DNA of 64,000 nucleotides from Spirochaetia bacterium (GTDB taxonomy: Bacteria; Spirochaetota; Spirochaetia; CADAEX01), in assembly GCA_963662795.1 (NCBI GenBank), contig OY759746.1:1824001-1888000 (forward strand), given 5' to 3'. This document shows positions 21,126 through 30,568 of the stretch, piece by piece; position 1 is the first letter of the stretch; each line of letters opens with the position of its first letter. A program made the position numbers and the translations under genes. The notes under the pieces were generated by a model. It saw only the letters and a list, made by a program, of their open reading frames with translations. It searched no databases and was not told the DNA's origin.

Positions 21126-22496
21126 ATGGAAGCGTTAAGTAAATTCGTTTCAATCATCGGTTCATTTGCCTGGGGGCCGATTATGATCGTCCTGTTGTTC
21201 ATGACTGGTCTTATCCTGTCTGTCGGGACTAAAATTGTCCAGTACCGAAAGCTGGGATATGCATTCAAACTGCTGTTTACCAAAGATGCCGATGCAGAAG
21301 GGGACATAAGCCCGTTTGCTGCACTGATGACAGCATTGGCCGCCACAATCGGAACAGGTAATATTGCCGGCGTTGCGACTGCAATTGCAGTAGGCGGACC
21401 AGGAGCTGTTTTCTGGATGTGGGTAACCGCAATACTCGGCGGAGCTACTAAATTCTCTGAAGCAGTACTGGCAGTCAAATACCGTGTAACTGATGAAAAG
21501 GGTGAAAAATCAGGCGGCCCGATGTATTACGCAAGCAAGGGTATGGAAGAAAAATTCGGCGGCAACTGGAAATGGCTTGGATTCCTTTTTGCGCTGTTTG
21601 CCTTCCTGGCTTCATTCGGTATCGGAAACATGGTACAGTCCAATTCGGTCGCAGCATCTCTTCAGCAGTCAATTGGACTGGCTCCATACATATCTGGTAT
21701 AGTTATCGCTATTGCAACCGGACTTGTAATTATCGGAGGAATCAAGAGCATAGGAAAAACAGCTGAAAAGATTGTTCCAATTATGGCTATTATTTATGTA
21801 CTTGGCTCACTCTGGGTAATTTTCGCAAACATTACATTCCTTCCGAGAGCATTCGGATGGATCTTCGGAAATGCATTTAACGCAAAAGCTGTAGGCGGCG
21901 GGTTCCTTGGAACTGTAGTCCGCATGGGTGTTGCAAGAGGTATTTTTTCTAATGAAGCCGGTCTTGGAAGCGCTCCTATCGCTCATGCCGCTTCAAAGAC
22001 AAGCGATCCGATCCGCCAGGGTATAATTGCCTCCCTCGGATCATTCCTTGATACAATAGTAGTCTGCAGCATGACAGCTCTTGTAATTTTAATCTCACCG
22101 ATAGTAAATATCGGAGCTGACGGTTTGATGGTAGTCAAGGACGGCCTTAACGGCGCGGCCCTTACCACAGCTGCCTACAGCGCAAGCCTTCCTGTAGTTG
22201 GACAGTACATCGTAAGTTTCGGTCTGATATTCTTTGCATACTCAACAATACTCGGCTGGTACTATTATGGTTACAAATCATTTGAATACCTTGTAGGCGT
22301 AAAAATCGCCTCATTCTACAAATGGGTATGGGTAGCGCTTGTTTATATCGGTGCGGTAATTCCACTCAGTTTTGTATGGGATTTTTCAGACGCATTCAAT
22401 GGACTGATGGCTATCCCCAACCTTGTCGCTCTTATCGGTTTGAGCTCGGTTGTATTCGGCATGCTGAAAGAATATGAAGTGAAAATGAAAAAATAG
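21126..22496 (+). CDS. Alanine/glycine:cation symporter (AGCS family)
   Basis: ATIGTGNIAGVA, GGPGAVFWMW, FSNEAGLGS. Confidence 0.92.
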   Translation: MEALSKFVSIIGSFAWGPIMIVLLFMTGLILSVGTKIVQYRKLGYAFKLLFTKDADAEGDISPFAALMTALAATIGTGNIAGVATAIAVGGPGAVFWMWVTAILGGATKFSEAVLAVKYRVTDEKGEKSGGPMYYASKGMEEKFGGNWKWLGFLFALFAFLASFGIGNMVQSNSVAASLQQSIGLAPYISGIVIAIATGLVIIGGIKSIGKTAEKIVPIMAIIYVLGSLWVIFANITFLPRAFGWIFGNAFNAKAVGGGFLGTVVRMGVARGIFSNEAGLGSAPIAHAASKTSDPIRQGIIASLGSFLDTIVVCSMTALVILISPIVNIGADGLMVVKDGLNGAALTTAAYSASLPVVGQYIVSFGLIFFAYSTILGWYYYGYKSFEYLVGVKIASFYKWVWVALVYIGAVIPLSFVWDFSDAFNGLMAIPNLVALIGLSSVVFGMLKEYEVKMKK

Positions 22497-22520
22497 GGTT
22501 AAGACTTTAATCCTTAACAG

Positions 22521-22570
22521 AAGGAGACAGGCAGAATTCCTTAATACAGGAAAGATCCTGTCTCCTTTTT
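22521..22570 (+). terminator. Rho-independent terminator
   Basis: AAGGAGACAGG...CCTGTCTCCTT then T tract. Confidence 0.7.
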
Positions 22571-22781
22571 ATTATCATTACTTTTAGGGCAGTAACGCAT
22601 GCTGCCGGGAAATAAAAATAAAAAATAATGCTAAAAATAAAAACCGGTGTATAATTACCTATTAATCATAATCGGCAGAGTATGTTTCGGCTGCCTGCGG
22701 ATATAGTATTTTTACTTAACCACATTGCCTGTTTAAACCTGAAATGAAGCAGTAATGCAGAAAGGGATGTAATATCCTGTT

Positions 22782-23801
22782 GTGGCAGGAATTATATCAG
22801 ACGGAAAAGATATAAAAGTACGCATTCCCTATTCAAGAGAAGCTGTATTAAAACTTCATCAAATTGGCGGAGGCAGATGGAATCCGGAAGAAAAAGTATG
22901 GATTTTCAGCTACAGCAGGGAAAAAGATGCTTTAATCAGGAAGAATATCGGCCCGATATCCTTTTTACCGGATATTGAAACAGAGATTGTAAAACTGAAA
23001 AAAGAACTTGCCTTGAGGGGATACAGCCCTAAAACAGAAAAAGCCTATATAAGTCATGTTGAAAAGCTGCTTAAATTCTGCCGCTCAGAATGGCTCACAC
23101 CAAACCATAAAACCACAGATAAATTTCTATTGGAATTATGTTCAGGCCTAAAGTTGTCCGGCAGTTTCATGAATCAGTTTACATCATCGATAAAATTTTA
23201 TTTCAATAATTGTCTCGGCCGTCCTGATGAAGCAATGCTTCTTCACCGGTATAAAATCGGAAAAAAACTTCCCCCTGTTTTAAGCAAAACTGAGGTTGCG
23301 CTGCTTCTTGATTCTGTAATAAACCTTAAACATAAAACTATTCTGTCGGTAATCTATTCTTCAGGTCTTAGAATAAGTGAAGTGATAAATCTGAAACCGG
23401 GAGATATTGATTTTGATACAATGAATATTCATGTCAGGCAGGGAAAAGGAAGAAAAGACCGCATAACAGTTCTTTCAAGAAAGGCCGCCCAACTGATTTC
23501 ATTGTACAGAGAAGAATATCTTCCTTCTGTCTGGCTGTTCCCCGGACAGATCCAGAGCAGGCACATAAGTGTAAGAAGCGTTGAGGCTGTTTTTGGACGG
23601 GCATTGCTCAAATCCGGAATTGAAAAAGCTGCAACCGTACATACCCTAAGGCATTCTTTTGCAACCCATTTGCTGGAAGGCGGAACAGATATCCGCTATA
23701 TTCAGCAACTCCTCGGGCATAAAAACCTTAGCACAACCCAGATATATACTCATGTATCAAGCTGGAAACTGAAAAATATAGTCAGCCCGCTTGATTGCTG
23801 A
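22782..23801 (+). CDS. Tyrosine recombinase, putative integron-type integrase of the cassette array (no IntI-specific insertion; extra N-terminal domain)
   Basis: SAM-like LALRGYSPKTEKAY; YSSGLRISE, GKGRKDR, HTLRHSFATH, LLGH, TTQIYTH; immediately upstream of attI-like site and array. Confidence 0.85.
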   Translation: MAGIISDGKDIKVRIPYSREAVLKLHQIGGGRWNPEEKVWIFSYSREKDALIRKNIGPISFLPDIETEIVKLKKELALRGYSPKTEKAYISHVEKLLKFCRSEWLTPNHKTTDKFLLELCSGLKLSGSFMNQFTSSIKFYFNNCLGRPDEAMLLHRYKIGKKLPPVLSKTEVALLLDSVINLKHKTILSVIYSSGLRISEVINLKPGDIDFDTMNIHVRQGKGRKDRITVLSRKAAQLISLYREEYLPSVWLFPGQIQSRHISVRSVEAVFGRALLKSGIEKAATVHTLRHSFATHLLEGGTDIRYIQQLLGHKNLSTTQIYTHVSSWKLKNIVSPLDC

Positions 23802-23878
23802 AGCTGAATTCTACGCATAACTGCAGATAAAATTAAATAAATAATTATATCTGCAGTTGTTCATCTATAGTCTTTGAA

Positions 23879-23906
23879 TTGATGTATTACGTATGTATGA
23901 TACAAT
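23879..23906 (+). promoter_or_regulatory. Candidate cassette promoter (Pc-like)
   Basis: TTGATG-16bp-TACAAT with TGn extended -10, pointing into the attI crossover. Confidence 0.45.
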
Positions 23907-23929
23907 CTAGGCTAAGCTAAAGCAAAGAA

Positions 23930-23957
23930 TCACAACTGCAACTACTAGGAGTTATAC
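23930..23957 (+). other. attI-like recombination site, crossover G|TTATAC at 23951
   Basis: First GTT junction, with no upstream attC; AACT-6bp-AGTT core; the following 20 nt pair with the 3' end of cassette 1. Confidence 0.7.
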
Positions 23958-24166
23958 GAAAAACCGCGCCAAGAGGCTACAATTTCGCCCCGGGGAAACG
24001 GGAAAAGCCAGGCGTCCTGCCTGGCTTAAGAAAGAAATAACAGAAAATGGTAATAATTTTTAAAAGTGTGAATTTTGTAGTTTTGGAATAGCTTCAGTTC
24101 TTGAATAGATTTGACTTACACAGCAATATGTGTTAAAATGTACACAAAAGGATTGAGGAGAAAAAT

Positions 24167-24367
24167 ATGGCTACAAACCTTGCAATTGATGATAAATTAT
24201 TAATACTTGCCCAGGGTATTGCTGGAATAAAGACAAAGAAGGATACAGTAAACCTTGCGCTTAAAGAGTTTATTCAGAGAAGAAAACAGGAAGAAATTAT
24301 AGATATTTTTGGCAAAATAGAGTTTGCAGAAGATTATGACTATAAACAAATGAGAAATAGAAAATGA
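24167..24367 (+). CDS. vapB: VapB-type antitoxin (cassette 1)
   Basis: MATNLAIDDKL RHH-like N-terminus; overlaps PIN toxin start. Confidence 0.8.
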   Translation: MATNLAIDDKLLILAQGIAGIKTKKDTVNLALKEFIQRRKQEEIIDIFGKIEFAEDYDYKQMRNRK

Positions 24368-24789
24368 AAATACTTGTAGATACTTCTGTCTGGTCATTGG
24401 CATTAAGGAAGAAAACACTCACAAAGGAAGAGGATAAAATTGTAAGAGAATTAAAGGAATTAATTTATGAACTTAGGGTCATGATAATGGGGCCTATAAG
24501 GCAGGAATTATTATCCGGCTTATCAGATGATGAAAAGTTTAAGATATTAAAGGAAAAATTAAAATCATTTGAAGATATAGAATTGAATCAGGAAGATTAT
24601 GAGAAAGCAGCTGAGATATCGAATAGTTGTAGAAAGAAAGGAATCCAAGGATCACATATAGATTTTTTAATATCAGCAGCAGCATTGAATAGAAATATAA
24701 GTATTTTTACAACAGATAAAGATTTTGAAAATTATAAAAAAATATTAAGTTTGAAATTGCATAAAGTAAGAGAAGAAATAAACAAGTAA
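24364..24789 (+). CDS. vapC: PIN-domain VapC toxin (cassette 1)
   Basis: LVDTSVW, QELLSG, DFLI, TTDKDF. Confidence 0.9.
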   Translation: MKILVDTSVWSLALRKKTLTKEEDKIVRELKELIYELRVMIMGPIRQELLSGLSDDEKFKILKEKLKSFEDIELNQEDYEKAAEISNSCRKKGIQGSHIDFLISAAALNRNISIFTTDKDFENYKKILSLKLHKVREEINK

Positions 24790-24867
24790 AAGGAAAAGAC
24801 CCGCTTTCGTACGTCCTGTACGAAAGCGAAGAGGGGCGAAATTAAGAAAAAGAAGGCGCGGTTCATC

Positions 24868-25050
24868 GTATAACAGCGGATGTTCGGTTTCGGCTGGCGG
24901 GGAGTAAATTATCAAGAAACCCAGCCTTCACCCAAATTGCCTGTCCTATAACCATTTTGATAATTTAAAATATTACGGAAGAGTTTAATCAATAGCTGTA
25001 TAATGCAATTGAATAATCAGGCAACTTCGATCATCCGCGGGACGTTATTT
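24868..25050 (+). repeat. attC-like site 1 (183 bp)
   Basis: GTATAAC-AGCGGATG...CATCCGCGGGAC-GTTATTT. Confidence 0.85.
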
Positions 25051-25305
25051 GCAATACCGCAGATTAGTGATTATGAATTATCTAATTTAGTTCGTGTTTG
25101 TTCAAACATTCCGTGCCCAAGAGGAGCCCGGCGTCCTGCCGGGCTTAAGAAGAATTATAAAATCTTAAACTTACAATAATAAATAGGGAAAATGCTTTTA
25201 GATATTTATTGTAAACTTTTCCAGCAATGTAATAATTATAAAATGAATAATAAAAAGATTGGATCTGGTGTTAAATATTAATAAGAATAAAGGGTAGGTA
25301 ATTTT

Positions 25306-25665
25306 ATGGATAAGTATTTTGAAAGTAAAATAAACAGTAGTATAACAGATCGAAAAAAACTTCATGAAAGATTTGTAAAAGGTTGTAAAACCTATAAAAG
25401 CTTTCTAGAGCTTGAGGAAAGAGCATTTTCTGATAGTGCTTTATCAAGAAAAGTAAAAGAATTAATGGCATTATCAATATCAATAGTAACCAAGTGTGAA
25501 CCTTGCATAGAATGGCATGTGCAACAAGCTTTACTTCAAGGAGCTACAGATGAAGAAATATATGAAACAATAGATGTTTCAATAGAAATGGGAGGAGGAC
25601 CAGCAGGAGCATATGCAAGGTATGCGCTTAATGCAATGGATTATCATAGAGCAAATAAAAGATAA
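25306..25665 (+). CDS. Carboxymuconolactone decarboxylase/AhpD-family protein (cassette 2)
   Basis: KVKELMALSIS..KCEPCIEWH..GAT.EEI. Confidence 0.85.
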   Translation: MDKYFESKINSSITDRKKLHERFVKGCKTYKSFLELEERAFSDSALSRKVKELMALSISIVTKCEPCIEWHVQQALLQGATDEEIYETIDVSIEMGGGPAGAYARYALNAMDYHRANKR

Positions 25666-25946
25666 AAAATGAAATATTGAGATAAACCATTAAAGAATTA
25701 AGCTCCACGATGAAGGAGAGACGATATATTTACAAAAAAAATAAAGCTGTAAGTAGAAAAGTAGTAAATATATGAATATAGGATGAAAATAAAAAGTAAA
25801 TTATTGACTTAAAATAGATAAGAGTGTTATTTGGTACTGCCATGTAAAAAGTATGGGGAGCGCCCCGTTTTCGCCGTCCTGGCTCAAACGGGAAGAAGGG
25901 CACGGGAGGAGGAAGGAAAAGAGGGAATAAATAATTGCGGTACTGC

Positions 25947-26138
25947 AAATAACAGCGATTATTTCGCTGCGCTCCCTGTGGTCGCTTGGGCTCCTGCCAG
26001 TTGAGCTGGCAGATCGCCATATTTTGTTTTCATAAAACCGGAACAACATGTGTTTTATGCTCTTCAAGTTTGTAAAAACTAAATAAAAATATTTTAGAGT
26101 TTAGCCACAAAACATCGAATAATCGCGAGACGTTATCC
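25947..26138 (+). repeat. attC-like site 2 (192 bp class)
   Basis: AAATAAC-AGCGATTATT...AATAATCGCGAGAC-GTTATCC. Confidence 0.88.
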
Positions 26139-26233
26139 ACAATGCCCCCACAAGATGCAATCGCCCGGACCTCCGGCCGACGGGCGAGGATATGTTGTAC
26201 TAGGTAAGATTTTATTCACTAAAAGGAGTAAAA

Positions 26234-27025
26234 ATGCTATTACCAAATATTGATGAATTAAGAAATCAAAATACGATTTGGCACTATACAAAAGTTGATT
26301 ATGCAATAAAATACATATTGTATGAACTGAAATTACGTCTTTCGCCCGTGGCAAAAAGTATTGATCCAATAGAAAATAGTGGACATGGTATTAATTATTC
26401 TAATTTCAACAAACAAGAAGAAATATCAGATTTTGCCCGTGAATTACGTAATAAATATATTAAACAGTCTCAAAATGTTAAGCAACTATCATTTTGCATG
26501 AATGAATATGCTGATAATAAAATGCATAAAATTGATAAATATGGTTTTATAAAACCTAGAATGTGGGATCAATATGGTGATCATTATAAAGGGGTTTGTT
26601 TTGGTTTTGATAAAAAAAAATTAAAAATCAATGAGGAAAAACAAGTTGCAGGAAAAGTTGTATATTACACATATGATGAATTTATTGGAATTGAGCATTT
26701 TTCAATAAATGCACAAATAACACCAGATATTAATATTTCAGAACCAGAATATATTCAGAATCTTAGTAAGAAATTTAATCAATTATTTTTTAAAAAGCAT
26801 ATTGATTATATTGGTGAAAATGAATACCGAATTATATCGTTTAGCGAAACTGATTTTGATTATATAGATATCGAAAAATCAATTAATTGTATTATAATTT
26901 CAGGTTTTGTAGAATCAAACTATGATTATAGGGTATTAAGAAAGTATGCAAAAAAATTAAACATACCACTTATTCAAATATTATGGATCGGAACAAGTAT
27001 TGATATACAAAGAATAGAAAAATAA
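26234..27025 (+). CDS. DUF2971-like protein (cassette 3)
   Basis: WHYT, LSFC, MWDQYG...GVCFGFD, ENEYR. Confidence 0.7.
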   Translation: MLLPNIDELRNQNTIWHYTKVDYAIKYILYELKLRLSPVAKSIDPIENSGHGINYSNFNKQEEISDFARELRNKYIKQSQNVKQLSFCMNEYADNKMHKIDKYGFIKPRMWDQYGDHYKGVCFGFDKKKLKINEEKQVAGKVVYYTYDEFIGIEHFSINAQITPDINISEPEYIQNLSKKFNQLFFKKHIDYIGENEYRIISFSETDFDYIDIEKSINCIIISGFVESNYDYRVLRKYAKKLNIPLIQILWIGTSIDIQRIEK

Positions 27026-27135
27026 TATTAAAAACAAAGAAATCTAATTTATGCAAGGATAATAATTGCCTGACAGTAAATAAAGTCCAGCCTTGGCTCC
27101 GCCGTGCGGCTTGGACAAGAAGTGGGGGCACTGGT

Positions 27136-27306
27136 GGATAACAGAGGATAATTCGCTGCGCTCGGAGTACCTCGCTTGGCCTGCGGCATATTTTGCTAGC
27201 ATTAAAGCAGTTCATATTCTATTTTACCCTATTTAAATATATTTCCCAAGACTATTACGTTGAAAATGGTTTTAGCAAAACATCGCTTATCCGCGGGACG
27301 TTATCC
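27136..27306 (+). repeat. attC-like site 3 (171 bp class)
   Basis: GGATAAC-AGAGGATAA...TTATCCGCGGGAC-GTTATCC. Confidence 0.88.
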
Positions 27307-27424
27307 ACAATGCCCCCACAAGATGCAATCGCCCGGACCTCCGGCCGACGGGCGAGGATATGCAGTAGGAGTAATATACAGTATAATAGTATATGTTAGA
27401 AGAACCATTCGGGCAGAGGAAGAA

Positions 27425-27982
27425 ATGAAAAGAGAACAATTTTTTATATTGATTTTGTCAATATTACTTATTTCCTGCACAAAGATGGAAAACGATGTAA
27501 TTCTATTAGTTCCATATAGTCAACAAGAAAAATTAATTAACTATTTTACTAAAGCCAGTATTAAAGTAAAAATTGATAATTCTTTGATGACAATTTCTTC
27601 TCCTACTGATAATGTATTATTAAACCTTCTTGATTTTCTATTTACCAATATATATTTGAATAAAAGTAATTTAAATAATTCAACTACCACAAGAACTCAA
27701 GATGGATCATATTATAAAAGAAAATATCTTGAAATACTTCCTAATTTAAAATACATAATAAGGGATGATTTGAGTAGTCCAAAGGCAGTATATGACCCAA
27801 CACATCCTGATGCAATTAAAGAAGGTAAAGACAAAGGATATGTATATTATCCAAATATAATTATAGATGATGAGGAAAATGATCTTATCAATAATGTATT
27901 TTTATATAATTCAATTCTTGAATACTTAAAAAGTAGAAACATACCAGTTATGTCTATAGAAATTGATCCAAATAATATATGA
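27425..27982 (+). CDS. Predicted lipoprotein with FlgC-like segments (cassette 4)
   Basis: Lipobox LLISC; NNSTTTRTQDG.YYKRK and VYDPTHPDAIK..GYVYYPNI resemble FlgC; upstream ORF extension crosses the attC and is rejected. Confidence 0.6.
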   Translation: MKREQFFILILSILLISCTKMENDVILLVPYSQQEKLINYFTKASIKVKIDNSLMTISSPTDNVLLNLLDFLFTNIYLNKSNLNNSTTTRTQDGSYYKRKYLEILPNLKYIIRDDLSSPKAVYDPTHPDAIKEGKDKGYVYYPNIIIDDEENDLINNVFLYNSILEYLKSRNIPVMSIEIDPNNI

Positions 27983-28247
27983 TGAGTATCATAAATATTT
28001 CTGAAATTGATAGAAATTAATGTTTTTTAAATACAAAAAGACTTCTAACTACTTTTACCTGATGTTTTCTTTGTTACATTTTGTACTGTCGCTTCGCTTC
28101 TGACGCACAAAATGCGCCAAGCCCTTCGGGCACGAAAATACAGATTAAGCAAATGTAAAATTCCAATTACTTAAACAAGGAAATAAGGGAAGAAGTCCGG
28201 CCTTGGCTTCCAGCCGTGCGGCCCGGACAAGAAGTGGGGGCACTGGT

Positions 28248-28439
28248 GGATAACAGCGATTATTTCGCTGCGCTCCCTGTGGTCGCTTGGGCTCCTGCCA
28301 GTTGAGCTGGCAGATCGCCATATTTTGTTTTCATAAAACCGGAAGAACATGTGTTTTATGCTTTTCAGGTTTGAAAAAACCAAATAAAAGTATTTTAGAG
28401 TTTAGCCACAAAACATCGAATAATCGCGAGACGTTATCC
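28248..28439 (+). repeat. attC-like site 4 (192 bp class)
   Basis: Near-identical to site 2. Confidence 0.88.
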
Positions 28440-28531
28440 ACAATGCCCCCACAAGAAGACACCGCCCGGACCTCCGGCCGACGGGCGAAGAGAATTGAAT
28501 ACCAATTAAACTACTTAAAAAAGGTAAATAT

Positions 28532-29434
28532 ATGAATGGATTAAATGAAAAAAGTATTTTATTCAAACATTTAGAGGACAATTCTTTACATACGATAAAT
28601 GAATTATATCATTATACAACAATAGAAAATTTCTACAAAATTATTGAAACTAAAACATTTTATATTTTTAATTCTTATCAAATGAATGATTATAAAGAAA
28701 ACTATGTATTGATCGAAAAACTCAAGGAATATTTAAAAAATAGAAATGATATTCCAGAGGATTATCTGAATAAACTTGATGAAACCATAAAGATAAAGTT
28801 TAGATTGAATACACCATATGTGTTTTGTTTAACTGAATTAAATGATTCGTTATCACAATGGAGAGCTTATGGAAATGATGGAAAAGGAATTTGTTTTAAA
28901 ATAGACAGTAAAAAGTTACAAATGAAATATCGTCTGCCTTTTACAGGCGCAGAAAAAGATAATAATTTATCATTACACAATGTAATTTATAATAATGAAG
29001 AGATTAAAAATATCATTGAGAATATTATCAATCAAAGTATTGATTTTGCAAAAACTCGAGATGAAAATATTAGAAATATAGTCTTTGCTGAAACAGCATG
29101 TGCTTTAATGGTAAGATTTAACCCAGTAGTAAAATTAAATGAATTTAAAGAAGAGAAAGAATGGAGAATTATTTACAATCCGGTCTGTATAAAAACCGAC
29201 GGCATTCCATTTAATACTTTAGATAATAATAAAGATATTGGATTTTTAATAACAAATAATAATTTGAGATCTTATTTTAAAATATCATTTACAAGTGATG
29301 AATTTAAAGATATTATTTCTGCTATTTATATTGGTCCTAAAAGTAGAGTAGACGATTATGAAATGCGAATATTATTAGATATTAATGCATTAAAGAATAC
29401 AGAAATATATCGTTCAAATATTCCATATAGATAA
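28532..29434 (+). CDS. DUF2971-like protein (cassette 5)
   Basis: LYHYT, MNDYKE, DSLSQWRAYG..GKGIC, EEKEWR, IYIGP. Confidence 0.8.
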   Translation: MNGLNEKSILFKHLEDNSLHTINELYHYTTIENFYKIIETKTFYIFNSYQMNDYKENYVLIEKLKEYLKNRNDIPEDYLNKLDETIKIKFRLNTPYVFCLTELNDSLSQWRAYGNDGKGICFKIDSKKLQMKYRLPFTGAEKDNNLSLHNVIYNNEEIKNIIENIINQSIDFAKTRDENIRNIVFAETACALMVRFNPVVKLNEFKEEKEWRIIYNPVCIKTDGIPFNTLDNNKDIGFLITNNNLRSYFKISFTSDEFKDIISAIYIGPKSRVDDYEMRILLDINALKNTEIYRSNIPYR

Positions 29435-29526
29435 TTATTTGTATAGGTAGAATAATTAACTGACTGTTTATGAAGTCCGGCCTTGGCTTCCAGCCGTGCG
29501 GCCGGACAAGAAGTGGGGGCACTGGT

Positions 29527-29698
29527 GGATAACAGCGGTTCAAGCGCATCGCTCGGATTACCTCGCTTGGGCTTCGCCAAACATCGCAGGGTTTATGCTA
29601 CAACTTTTTGAAATAACGAGTTAGGAGTAATAAATAATACAGCTTTATGTTAAATAGTCTTGGTCTGCGATGCTTCGCTTAACCGCAGGACGTTATCC
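29527..29698 (+). repeat. attC-like site 5 (172 bp)
   Basis: GGATAAC-AGCGGTT...TTAACCGCAGGAC-GTTATCC. Confidence 0.85.
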
Positions 29699-29836
29699 AC
29701 AATGCCCCCACAAGATGCGATCGCCCGGACCTCCGGCCGACGGGCGAAAATTAGTAAACGCAGTTTTATAATTGGAAATGGTAAGCACTTTTTCCCCAGT
29801 CATGGAAAGGAAAAGTACCCCACCTAGTGAAAAAAA

Positions 29837-30568
29837 TTAGCTCTCCTTTTTATTTGAAATTCTATATGAATCTCCCGCGAGGGAGAAAACATGTGCATGA
29901 TGCAGCAGTCTGTCCAGCAGCGCTGTTGTCATTACTTCGTCCCCAAGCATTTCCGCCCAGGAATCAAAACTTTTGTTAGATGTTATGATAATTGATGTGC
30001 GTTCATAAAGTTCACTCACCAGCGAAAAGAATAAATTGGCCTCTTTTCGGTCAATAGGTGTGTAGCCTATTTCATCGATGATCAAGACATCGGACTTCAT
30101 GATTCGATTGAGCCTGAATGTACTCGAGCGCTGAACATCCATTGTTTTCAGTAGCTTCACCAGTGATGTGATTCGCTCAAAGCAGACCTTATACCCTTTC
30201 TGAATTGCCTCATAACCAAGTGCAATAGAAAGATGAGTTTTCCCTATTCCCGGAGGTCCAAAGAAAAGAAGATTTTCCTGTTTATCTATCCAAGTGAAAT
30301 CGAGAAGATTTTTAAGCTGTAATTTGTTTATACCTTCCAGCCTATTTATATTAAAATCTTCAAGAAGTTTTATTACCGGAAAATGAGAGCCTGCAAGGTT
30401 GCGTCTCAGCCTGCGTTCCATCCGGTAGGAGATCTCTTTTTCCAGAAGAGTTTTAAGGAACTCAAGATGTGAAATTTCACTTTCAACATTCACTTCATTT
30501 AATGCTTTTGATATCCCCTGAAGTTTTAAGTTTTCCAGCACTCCGGTACAATAATCGAGCGTTTTCAT
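29837..30568 (-). CDS. istB: IS21 helper ATPase IstB
   Basis: GPPGIGKTHL, IIDEIGY, TSNK, LDRLLHH, GDSYR. Confidence 0.95.
   Translation of the reverse strand: MKTLDYCTGVLENLKLQGISKALNEVNVESEISHLEFLKTLLEKEISYRMERRLRRNLAGSHFPVIKLLEDFNINRLEGINKLQLKNLLDFTWIDKQENLLFFGPPGIGKTHLSIALGYEAIQKGYKVCFERITSLVKLLKTMDVQRSSTFRLNRIMKSDVLIIDEIGYTPIDRKEANLFFSLVSELYERTSIIITSNKSFDSWAEMLGDEVMTTALLDRLLHHAHVFSLAGDSYRISNKKES

Noticed and set aside
244-22365. Many short antisense or overlapping ORFs in the metabolic region
   Set aside because: Shadow frames of well-supported genes, with no motifs
27260-27424. N-terminal extension of the cassette 4 ORF
   Set aside because: Crosses attC site 3; the ATG at 27425 has an RBS and begins a lipoprotein signal
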